Shown one piece after another: positions 23,105-35,600 of a stretch of DNA of 64,000 bases (position 1 is its first letter; the number at the start of each line of letters is the position of its first letter). The position numbers were made by a program, and so were the translations under genes. This DNA is from Phoronis australis (Eukaryota; Animalia; Phoronida). The stretch covers positions 124,603 to 188,602 of the forward strand of contig NMRA01000403.1 of the NCBI GenBank assembly GCA_002633005.1, given 5' to 3'. Under the pieces are notes generated by a model. It saw only the letters and a program-made list of their open reading frames with translations. It had not been told where the DNA came from and made no database searches.

Positions 23105-26100
23105 CTCTGACACAGCGTCACCTTATGCTGAAAAGTGGCCCTGGCTATGGAAACATGATGAACAACACACAAAATTCTGTGTGTGGGCATCAATGCGCAA
23201 TAATGCCTTGGTCAAATGTATACCGTGATCGCATCGCCACCCTTGCACACGCCTTTGACTATAGTGTGCACTGTACTTGTTTCCAGGCTTAAGCCACTGG
23301 ATCAGATTCCCTTGATTTTATTTACTTCGATCACTGCCCATTTTAATAAATTGCAACTATTCAAGTCAAAGGTGGTCACCATACTTCGTAACAGTAAACT
23401 GAAAGGGGCTTCACTGAGAGATTTCAAGCAACGTGAATCACTGAATGTTATGGCGTCAGTTTCATTACCGTAGAAGCCACATTAAACAACATTCGACTGT
23501 GCTAGTAATCTTTCGTAGCACCGTGAAAGAGCGTACGACCACTATATCCAGCCATTGCTGGTTTTTGGTTTCGATTTACTCTTATTTGATATCCGGTTTT
23601 GTCTTTTTTGTCCATTTTTAATGCATTTTGGAAAAAAAATTAGTTACTTCTCTAAAGTTACTAAGGGTGAGGGTAAGGCTGTAAAGCAAGGTTTTATATG
23701 AACATTCAGTAAAAATGCAAATCCCCAGTCAACCTGTTCAGCAGAAGGGTAGTCGGACATTTAAATAGCCAAATTGTACCCAACTTCATTTTCATGTCAG
23801 GAAAGTGAGGTTGTGTACTATTTTGGTTATTTAGTACTCTGTAATTATATTGGAAATGTATTTTCTAAGTTCTACTAGCCGTGGAATAGTAAACCTGACA
23901 TAAATGACCCACAACTATGATCTAGGTTCTGCTGTCTTGCTACCAATATCTACCGTGAGCGGGGAAATTACATCTCATTGTACTGAACAAAGTCTGAGCA
24001 GTGTGTTTGCTCCATTGAAGTAAATGCAGAGCCAATATGCAGGCCCTGAGTCAGACTGTTTATGCACTGTCTATTGTTCACAAATGTAGAAAAATGTAGT
24101 ATAGTCCAAGTTAGTGAGGGATCTGCATTTTCACTAACTGCATCATCAAAAAACAGCTGCACACTACTAAAGCACATCCCTTTATGTTATTTAGGACTAT
24201 TAAAATGTCCAATATTTGACCAAGTTTGGAACTTCATTTCTCAGATATGGCTCATTAGATTCATGTGAAACTTTCAGATGCTAATACTGAAGTGTACTGT
24301 TCTCCAAATTAGGAATTGTTTCTATTTAAATTGAATTGTTCCACTTTTGCATGAGGGGTTTTCAAAAGTAGGATTTTACGCTTTTTGAAAACAATTTGAA
24401 AGTTGCAATAGAATGAAAAGGAAATGATAATTTAGAAAACAATATGTTTTTTTTTGCAATTTCACCGTGAACACTTAGGATTTAGTCAAGGTGGTCATTA
24501 TATAAGGTGTTGTTTTCACAGCTATGATGGTAAAGTTAAGTAATCAACACCATGATTTGCTTACGTAATTGATGTAAAAGATGCACTGGGTAGTGCTTGG
24601 AAAAGTCTTCAGAACTTGGTTCAACCACTCAGAATGGCAATGCCCTGTTTAAAACTGATTGGCATCTCGAAATACGGCAATGCTCGACACGACTTTTAAG
24701 CCTTGCGTTTTATATGGCCTGACTGTTGTGTATCAATAAGTCCCTTTATCTTGCTTAGTTCCGATTCTTGTATTTCTTTTTTGCCTCCTTCCCCCACCAG
24801 TGCAGCAACGCTGTCTCTATTGTCACCCAGGATTGTCTGCCCATAAATTTTGCCATTGTGTTTACCCACTATAACAAATTTACACTACAAAGTTAGCCCC
24901 TCTAGGCAACAACAAGCACTTGTAATGGTTTTCCAGCAATAGCAAAGAAAAGAAATTTGCATATTACCTTATTCTCATGTTCGTAGCGTAGCGTTAGCTA
25001 ACAGTTGTTGAACATCTGAGTGTGATAAAATCTCATCCATTTTGGCCACAATATGGCGGATGAATGAAAATTGTTTTTTCAATCTGGGATTAGTAGACCA
25101 AATTACTATTTTATCATCTTCCTGCTCTATAGCACAGAAACCATAAGACAGAGCTTGAGGAATTTTTTTGTACTCTGAACCCTGCCTTAGTATGAAGCCT
25201 GTGGCTGTTCTGAAATTGATGAGAAAAAATATCTATTGTACCCTGTAGGCCTACTTCCTTAACAGATACCGGTATGGGTTGTTGAACTGAAAGATTGGAC
25301 TGTTGGCATATTTTCCTGTTCAAAAGATAAATGTGCATGGGGAATGTCTGTTGTTGAATCCAGCTTGAATCCTGGGACACTCCATTGTTTTGCATTGAAT
25401 TCGATGTCGAATGACTGGTTTGCAGAGTTGATGCTGAAATTTTTGCTCATATATTCTCATATACATAGCTCTGTTGGATAATCTTCTTACTGGTTGGATA
25501 CAAAGGTCATCCAATGTTAGAATTGATACTGCAAATGTCTACAGATAATGTTGAAGCTGACCTAACTGATTGTTTTGTCTATTACTAATAACCCTAATCA
25601 TTACAAGAGTTCTCTTGTGTGCTGTTTGGCTGGAAAATTTGCATTGTTCTATCCTTTTGTTGTTCATGGCATGCAGGGAGTTCTGGTACACTTGGCTGGC
25701 TTATGATCCAAGGTAATTTTGGTCATGTCCTGGCCAGAATTAGGGTTATGTGGGCCTTAAAAAGATGTTCCAATTTGGCTAACTGTGGAACGGCATTTGT
25801 CAGAAATGGCTGATCGGAGTCATTCAAAACTTTCGCATGCTATATGCTTCATGCACTCATTCCCAAATTTTCCACCTTTGCTCATGGGTCTATCAAAATC
25901 AGGTTTTGTGGGATTTTTGAAAAAATTTAAAAGTTGCTTTCTACGAAAATAAACTGATATTACAGAAAACTGTTATGACATGTTTGAGCTTAAGTATTTT
26001 CTTTCTGACGTGTGTGTCTTGTCTGTAGACAAACTTTTGCTCTTCTTCTTATGTGGATATTCAGTGTCTTCCGAATCTACCACTAAGTGGCTTGAGGTTC

Positions 26101-28033
26101 AGATTACTCTCTTGAATAAACAAGGATATGGATGATTACAGGGATCTTAATGTCCTTTTATACTAACGTATAAGCGGTGCATTGATGTAAAGTGCAAATT
26201 TACAAATGAAACGTTCATACCATCTTCAGTAGTTATCGGCATCGATGTAAATGGTACGTGATAATCGGAAGGTAGCTCTGGCACTGATGCGCAAGGTGAG
26301 GCTCGAGCCTCGAGGTAGACTGAGAAATGGATTTTTTTTTGTACTGTGCGCACAGTTTACATGTTATAATTGATTTTAAACTTATTTTTAATTGGATTGA
26401 TGATTATTCAAGCAAAATATTTATAGCAAATATAAGCGACGACACTGCCTTTTAATTGTTGACGATAGCAGTTTCCCCTGGCGATAAACTTTGATGAAAT
26501 CGAAGTTAATGACCATTCATGTGTTTGCTGCAAAGTTAACAGGTGCTGTTAACTGCAGTCATGACCAAAGTTAACCATTCATGACTGCATCTTCCCAAAA
26601 CATTGACATGTTGATGTTAATATGAAAGGGTATTTAATATGCCCCCTGACATTAGTGTTACTAGGCAATAAAATAATTCAGTGTCGCACTAAATGAACAC
26701 CTGCCCCTTAATTGGCTGCTGTACAGATTTCAAAAAGTCGAAGAAGTTTGTCAAATTTGTCCAGATTCATGAAGGTTATGTCAAAAACCTAAGAAAATCT
26801 GACTGGGATCAGCATTAAATCTTTTAAAAATGTTACCTTATTTTGCTTTGAGAGTTTTCCAATTTTTGACCTATAAATTACTGAATTCATGAAACTTAAT
26901 AGCTTACTATTGTGAGATTGGATTGTTAGGATGGTATGAGATCCTACAATTGGACATTCTTGGTCACCTAGTTCAAAATAATCCGTTCAGTTGGCTATAA
27001 GTCTGCCTAGGTCTTCATCTTTGCCTTCTTATTGGGATATGAACAAAAATGGCCATTGGCTTAAACTGTAAATTTGTAATAGATACAGGACCTGGTGTAC
27101 TGTCAGGCCAGCACCACAAGCTAGGCAGCATATTGTGACGCTTGAGAACATAGTGGTCGAATTTTAGAAGTGAGATATCAGGCGTTCTCATGAGAAATTC
27201 AAGTTTAAATAATGTGTGGGAGAATGACAAATGCAAGCACATAAGTTTTGTACACAATGATCTTGGTAGTCTAGTCCATGTAGCACCTAATAGAACCCAA
27301 TAAGTTACATAACTTACACAACCTATTTTGATTCGGAATATTTGTGTGGCAATGTCTTTCTACAAGCAATGGATGGTTTGAACACTGCAATTGAGTCATC
27401 GACTGAACATGGGATATGAACTGTTTCTTAATGATTCTCTAGGAAATACATCATCTTGAATCTTGTGTAGTGAAGCAGTTTTGAGTTACATGATATGTCT
27501 GATTGTCAACCTGGTAGATAGCAGTTGCTGACATGCTGGTAAAATACTGTTTTAACAGTTAAAGTAAATTTTAGGATTGGTTTGCCACACACTGGCTTTT
27601 CCAAACATCTAAAAAGCCATAAACTTACAGTAGTTTCCTTAAAAGCTAAAAAAGATCTACTCGTGTGCTGCCATTACAACCAATATTTCCTCCTCAAGTT
27701 ATGAGATTAAAAGTATTAAATGTAGAATGAAAAATGTTGAAATGAAGTCTATGATTCATACCTGTGTGATTTATGATCCTTGTTTATTTTTCAGCCCCCA
27801 ACCACAATCATGATGACATCATTGAGTGGGCTTATAATTGACAAGTGTTATACAAGGTTCTGATACATCCTGCACCCTGCCATTCTGTGACCTCAATAGG
27901 GACTGAGAAAACATTGAACTTGATATGTGAAGCATGAGCCCAGCTGACTGTGCTTGTGTATAACAACTTGTGGGAAAGGTGTTTATTGATGATAGAGGTC
28001 ACATGACTGTGGCTGTGGTTGACCTGTGATGCA

Positions 28034-29635
28034 ATGAGCAATCCTAGTGTGAAGAATCTATTGAGGCAGTTTGAAGGGAGGTCTCAACCTGTAGTGGGTA
28101 GTAATCAACAGGCTGTGAAACCAGGATATATGGTCAGCGGTGGAGTGAAGAGGGATGGACCTGGATTGACTAGTGGTCGAGTTAAAAAGGAGCTGGAGTC
28201 AAAGTTTGAGAGCATTAGTATGGAAACTTCACATAAATCTGCGGATGATACGATGACAGTCAATACATCCAAAGTTAAGCTGAGGAGACCACAGCAGTCT
28301 TTGACACTGCACAAGACGGTTGAGTTTGATAGCTCCAATGAGACGGAGAATGGTCTTCGCTCATCTCTCAGTCCTAAGAGCCAGGAGATTGTGGATCGGG
28401 GAAACATTACAAAATTCAAGCGCCAGCAGTCGAACACGCTGGGAACTGACGGCGCAGTCGAAACAAAGAAACAGGCTGTTGCAAAGCTCAATGAACGTAT
28501 CGCACAAGTGATGACGAGAGAAAATAAAACTAATACTGCTGAATCAAGATTCTCTTATGAAAATGTCTTCCCGTCATCTGGCTATGTGAATGCAAAACAG
28601 TATAGTGATTCTGGCAAAGGTAATGCACTGAAACACGACATAGGTAAATTTCCTAAACCTTGTCGCCCACAAAATCCAAGTTTACAAGACATGGAAGAGA
28701 CTGCTCAGAAATGTGATCTTAAGGACAATTCTAAAGCAAATATGCTGTCCAAGAAAGGACAAAGTCGTGATCTTGGCATTGATGATAACTCGTCTGGCAT
28801 AGGAACTTCTAGAGTTTTAGTTGATAAACTTAAAACTTTTGATGCGGATTGTGATGAAAATGATGTCCCCATCAAGCCTCATGTGCACATTTTGCCGGAG
28901 CACACTAGTGCTGTTTGTAGAGATGCAGACTTGCTGAACAGGCTAGAAAAGGCTCTTGAGAAACAGCCTGTGTCAAAGTCGCCACCTAAACCGTGTAAAC
29001 CACCACGGACATTTGCACACGATGTGTATGTCAAAGACAGAACGGAAAAATCAAAAACTGCACCTGTATCAAAGGACAGCTCAATAATATTTCACAAATA
29101 TGAAGACATATTGCCCACAAGTGAGAGAAGAACAAGCTATGAGGAGATACCAGAGGACATTGTTATACCCCATAGGCCTGCCAGGCCGGCACGTCCTCCT
29201 ACGTTACCACACCGACCCGGATCAAAGATGCGAATATCTTCCAACAGCTACGAGAGTATTCCCCAATCATTTAGTGATGAGGCTGCAGTGTCACAACCCT
29301 TCGGAGTGAGGCGTAACAACAACGCCCATCGTGGGACAATCAATGCAAAAGAAGAATGGATGCCCAGAAAGAAACGACCGGTGGACGTTGATCCGCATGC
29401 ACCGCTGAGACGGACGTATAGTGACGAGTGTGTCTACATGGATGCTCGTAAGGTGCTCAGTGGTATATCTAGGGATCCTGTCTATCAGGATCCAAGTGCA
29501 CTAGATTCAATGTCTTTTCCACCTCTTGATAGTCATACATCAAAGATGGTGCAGATTGATCGGGATGGTTATGCAGTTCCAGAACTTACCACTGGAGGTC
29601 ACAAGACTGTGCAGAGGATGGCAACAAACCCCGAG
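28034..29635 (+). CDS. DENND2: DENND2-like coding exon 1: long disordered, Pro-rich N-terminus
   Basis: 534 open codons from MSNPSVKNLLRQFEG; PPKP.KPPRTF and YEDI/YEEI motifs as in DENND2 N-termini; donor GAG|GTAACT. Confidence 0.88.
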
Positions 29636-32600
29636 GTAACTATGGGGAAATGTACAGTAACATGGATCTAAAAAACAATTTCTTGTTTAATTATTAGACA
29701 ACCTCAATTTTTTAGTGAATCTCATGTTGAAGTATTAGCAAATTTCATACCTCCTTCTTGTTCATCTACTGTATTTATTGATTTTTAGGTGCCCACATAT
29801 TTATATTGCCGTCATCTCTGTCTGTCCGAGTGTCCGTTGTCCGGCATCCGGAGCTGTATCTTCTAAACCCCTCACAGGATCTTTATGAAGTTTTGCAGAT
29901 GTGTTCTTATTATGAAGCTTATGTCAGATAACGATGAGTTTTGGATGGACCCGACTACTGGTGTGCCCCCTTGTGGCAATTTTATTTTTTATGTTTACCT
30001 CGGTATCTTCAAAGGTCCTCCACGGATTTTCATGAAATTTGGCACATAGAGAGCAAATAATGAGATGACGCTATCCTAGTGTTTTCAGATATTTTATTCT
30101 ACGTATTTTGTGTCACCGAGTGGCCACTTTTACTGATTTCGAGTTTTTTGGCATCCACCCCACTATCAACCGAACCACTTAAGGATGATTGTGAAAATTG
30201 TCATGTATGTACTTACGCAACGAGAACTGCTGACGATGATTTTCCAACGACTTCGACTAATGTGGCACCTCCTTGTGGCAGTTTTGTTTGATTTTGCGCC
30301 TATGGCTGTATCTCGTAAACGCTCTGTGGGATATTTATTAAACTTAGCAAGTGTATTTATACGAAGTTGATGTAGAACGATGACAACTTTCGAACGGATC
30401 GAACTGCCAGTGTGCCCCCTAGTGGCAATTTTAGTCTTTTACATTTACCGAGTTTGTATCTTAAAAGATTCTCGTTGGATTTTCATAAGATTTGGCAGAT
30501 AGGCATTTATTAGTGAAATGATGCTTTCCTTCTTTTTTGGGATGGATTCAAGGTATTCTGTGCCATCTAGTGGCCATTTTTACTTTTTGGGCGTTTGCCC
30601 CTCCGTCAACCGAACCACGCTAAGGATGATTTTAAAAATTGGCATTTATCTTCTTACTGTGAAGAGGATGACTGACGGTGATTTTCCGACGACTTCAACT
30701 AGTACTTTGGCGCCCCCTAGCGTCAGTTTTTTTTGTGCCTATAGCTGTATCTCCTAAACCCACTGTAGGGGCTTTATTAAATTTAATAAGAGTAATTATA
30801 TGAAGTTGACAATGAATGACAACGACTTTTAGACATATCCAACAATCGTGCACCCTAGCGACAATTTATTTTATTTCCATTTTCCTCTGTTTTCCTGAAG
30901 TTCCTTCATCTGGTACTGATGAAACTTAATATAGCTTTCTATTAAAGAAAGGATGACCTATTCCTGTTTTTCAGATGGATTCGACACATTTTGTGGCATG
31001 TAGTGGCCATCTTCACTGTTTTCGAGTTTGTTTTTTGGTGTCCGCCCCTCTGTCAACCAAACCGTCTAAAGATGATCGCGAAAATTGGCACATGCTGTTA
31101 GTGTGATGAGGACGGTTGACAATGATTTTCCGAGGACTTCAATTACTGTGGCACCTCCTGGTGGCACTTTTGTTTTTTTTCGCTTCTATTAATAGCTGTA
31201 TCTCCTAAACCCACTGCAGGATTTTTGTTAGATTTAACAAGTGTATAAGTTGACAATGGACGACGACTTTCAGACGGATCCAAAGAACTCCGTCCCCCCT
31301 AGTGGCACTTCTTTTTTCATTTTCCTCTGTTTCTCCGAAGTTCCTTAATGGATATTTATGAAATTTGGAGCTTTCTATTAAAGAAACAATGACTTGATGT
31401 GGTTTTCGGATGGAATTGACATATTTTGCACTCGTCATCTAGTGTCCATTTTTAGGATACAAATGAACACCCCTAGAAGCACACCGTTTGCTGTGCATTC
31501 GTGGGCACATTTCAACGCTCCACGTTGCTCTTGTATATTTTTCGATCTAGTCTGTTGGTATTTTTGTTGATCAAAAACCTATCAAAATTATTGTTGGTTC
31601 TGTTTATGCCTACAAATGTGTCAAATTTGTTCTTATTTTATATCCGTGCCTTCAACGTTCACTAGCCAATACTAGCGCGTTATATATGTGGTCGAAGTTG
31701 TCTCCTTTCAGTCAAAAAAGCATGACATTAGTATCTTGTAATGTTGAGTATTGAAAACAATGCTAGGTGACCTTTTAGGCTTCAATAACTGGACTTCATT
31801 TCTGCTGCTTCCTTTAGTTGATCGATATCAATTTAAAATTATTCTTTAACTGAACTATTTTTGAGCAGACTCACAAAATGTTGATTTCCACCACATGAAC
31901 GGCAGTTCTTGGTGAGCCAACTCGCAATCGAGCTTGTCTTGCCACCTGGTGGTGACTGATGTCTTCTAATCTTGCTAAGAGTCAAGTTGATAACATGTTA
32001 TCTTGTTTTGTTACAGTTGGGTTTGAAACAAAAAATCACAGGGTTGAAGAATTTTTTTGCTGAAGGGACCAAACAGTTGGATAATAAGAAGAAAGCTGTG
32101 CCGGTAAGTGCTTTAGCTGTACACACAAGTCCATTGAGTAGGTGAATAATCTTGTGGTTTAATACAGGCTATTGCCTTATCTAAGTATCAAAGCAAGACT
32201 TAGTGTATTTTGAGTGTGATGAAGCTCCATGTCCTTTTCAGTCTCGTGCCATTCCAAATGCAATCTTTAAAAATAGGTAGGCCTACAATACAACATGTTG
32301 CGAACTTGTATGCCAAAAAATTGAAATTCCCTGCCTGGGAAAGATTTTGTCATTTTTATTATTTTATAAAAAAATCTCGTCAAAATCAACCACAGACATT
32401 CTTTCACCCTGGCAAGTATAGTTCCTCTTCAACAATCTGTGGTTATTGATCATTTTTGTAAAATGAAAGTTGTTCGTATGTTTCACAAATTGATTTTGTG
32501 CCTAGCACTCGGGTATGTGACGGAATTTGTGCAAAATGCCACTGAAATATGTTTTAGAATAACACTACTCATGAATCTGAATGCCATTCATCAAAGGGAA

Positions 32601-35600
32601 ATATATATGAAGCAACAGTTAAATGCACCAAACATAACTTTCACCAGCCCAATCCTGGACACGTTAGAAGGATGGAAGGATGGAAGTGTTTACCCATCTT
32701 ATTTCATGACTTGGAATATTTCTTCTGACCAGAAAATCAACACAAATCAAAACTCACTGAAATACACATTTGTCCCTACACAATAGTCACACTCAGTACT
32801 TTTAGTTAATGATTGGGGCTCCACTGAGTTTGTCTTGCCTCTAACATTTAGGTGGGCCTCAAGATCAGCCGGGCATTTTCTGTCTTGAGGAAGGCTGTTA
32901 AACATGAAAGGAGTGGAACAGCCGACTCCAATGACGAGGATGCAGACAACACAGATGGCGCTTCAGGTACGTGCCATGTGATCCTGGTGTTACCTGGTGT
33001 TCGGTCGTTGAATTGTAGTCTTCTTCCATTAGTTTTATTACCTGTATTATTTGCCAAGACATCTTTGATTCGTTACTGCAAAATTTTAGGTTGGAATTGA
33101 GCTAGTCACTATGGTGATATTGAAAACATTTCCAGAGACTCTGCAACAGGATCAATTAATTGATGAAACGTGGTAACTGTAGTAGTAGGTTTTTCATGTT
33201 ATGCATGGCAACCACCTGATAATGGAAAACAGATGAAATGTGGTTTCTCTGTAATGACGGACAATTCCGGAGCCAATTCCGCCATTAAATTTTCCAGCTC
33301 ATTCCAGCTGAAAGTGATGGGTAATGACCCATTCTGACTAGTCATACTGGCTGTAATATCTTCTTGCCATCTTGTGATGGCGCCACAGTGGCTTACTACA
33401 TTAAGTTGACCTAATTTCAGAAAAGTGTATCTGTACAACAGCATCTTGTCAACAGCTTGATTGTCATTGTATTGTGTCAGTGTCTCACACTGTCCTTGTG
33501 TTAGGTTTTCTGTTGCCATGGGGGAAAGTAATGAAAGTTCTACCATGTTTAACTTATGAAATTTTGTTTTTCTTGATAGTGCATGCGCATACTTTGTTTA
33601 AACCTGCGGTTAAGATACGTTAAGGATTCGTTTCTGTGTTGAGCCTGCATACATAAAACCCAGTTGCAAAATTATCTTTATGAATAGCCCAGTAAGGATC
33701 TAATCGGATGTTAAATACTTCGTAATCTTGAGCAGGGCTCTCGATGCCTCAATATTGAGGCCGAATAGTGGCTCAATTCCCTCTGAAATATATTTTAAAA
33801 TCGTGTAAAATTACCGTCATCGGGCCACAAAATTCTCCAGCCGCTAAAAATTGACTGACTCCCACAATCCCTCAAATTGACTGACTCCCACAATCCCTCA
33901 AATTGACTGACTCCCACAATCCCTCAAATTGGTGGTGATTGGGGGGAGGTTGCCCTCTCCTATAAAATTACCTTCCCAGAAGGCCTTTGCATGCTTTCCC
34001 TCAGATGGGGGCCCTGAACTGACTTAAGGAAAAAGCACGTTGTCAACAAGATGTACAATACATAGAAACCAGGTCATGCAGTTCGGTCACTTGTATGAAA
34101 ATATTCTGTGGTTTGAGTGGCCAAGTGTGGTTGAAATTCAAGTTCTGTGGCAATGTTTTTTTCCTTGTGGTAAGTTTTCACGGTGTGTGGTAAGGGTATT
34201 TACCCATGCTTAAAAACTGGCCTTCAGCCCCTGAATCTTGTCAATTTTCTTCTTTTTTTCTGATAATGGTAATTTTATTTGTCTTTTGTTGATAACTTTA
34301 GGGGTGGCATTACACTCCAGTTCACTTGGTTTGACTTCCTGGCAATGAAAGAGGACACGTTTTGATTTACGTAATACTTGATATATTATCACATATCTTT
34401 TAAGCTTTTGACTCCGATGGCATGGTTTTTCCATCTATTACGTGAGACAACAGGAAGTCTGCATTGTACAGTTTGTCCAATTTTGCCTGTGTGTTAACTT
34501 GTGATGCCATCCCTACTCAGTCGAGACCCAGGAAGTTACTAAGACAATTGTCATCATCTTGTGCTGCTACAACAATGTGGTCTGTCGTCTGCTCTTTGTT
34601 ACATCCTCCTTACCATGTTTTACTTGGCAGTGGAAAGTGAGAGTCTTGTGGATGAAGAGGAACAAAAGAAACGTCTGAAGTATGTCGCCTCGGTGCGGGA
34701 GAAAAATGTAAGTGTGCATTGATGATCACAATCTGTCTTTATAACGGCGGAAAACTGAGCTGCTAAAGAGGACAACCTTTGACTGAGACGTCTTGAATGA
34801 TCATAAAAATAGTTTCAACTTTTAATCAAAACATTACGCAAATTAAAAGTATGATTAATAAAGTGGACCAGGGAAACTCATCGAACCTGGTCTAAGTGAT
34901 AAGGAGGTGTCATCTCATCTCAAGTTCAGGAAGTTTTCATTTAATTTCACAACAAATTGGATCCAGTTCGATAACCATTTCAGTAAATGGTCGAAATCAA
35001 AAGTTAGTTTTTGGCAGAAGATTTAATTTTTATCAGCTTCAGTTTTTAGTGCTGACTTTATGTTGTATTTAGTCAATTGATGATTTGTGAATTAAGTGCT
35101 CTGGTGTTCTGTACACTGTGATCTTGTGGGTATGTGTAACTTTACTGAATATTTTTAGTTAGATGTAACTTTGCTGAATGAATTAGATTTTGACTTCATG
35201 GTTGTAGCAAGACCACATTGCTTTTACCATGACTTATATTTTTGTCGTTGAATGTTTCGCTTCCACGAACACTGAATTTAAACAACTGACTTCTCTGTTC
35301 ATTTTTCACACTATTTTTGAAAAATCACATGTGACTGTGTTCACATTTATGTGAAGGAGAGTGATGATTTGTCAAAGTGCGGCTACTGTTCCTGTATGCA
35401 TACTTTTAAGCCCATGCACCTCGTTGTGAAGCTACGCATCTGTCTGAATTTAAGTCCATGATCTTTCCTGCAATAAGTAAAATCAAAGAGCAATATGCAA
35501 GTGAAGGTCGACTCACTCATTACAAAGTGGATGTCTTTTCGACTTGGCCAAAACTAATTGTGATTAAAATGTTCTAAAATTGGACAAAAGAAACGCACAA

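Noticed and set aside
33848-33931. CRISPR-like direct repeats
   Set aside because: Head-to-tail copies without spacers in a eukaryotic intron; a minisatellite
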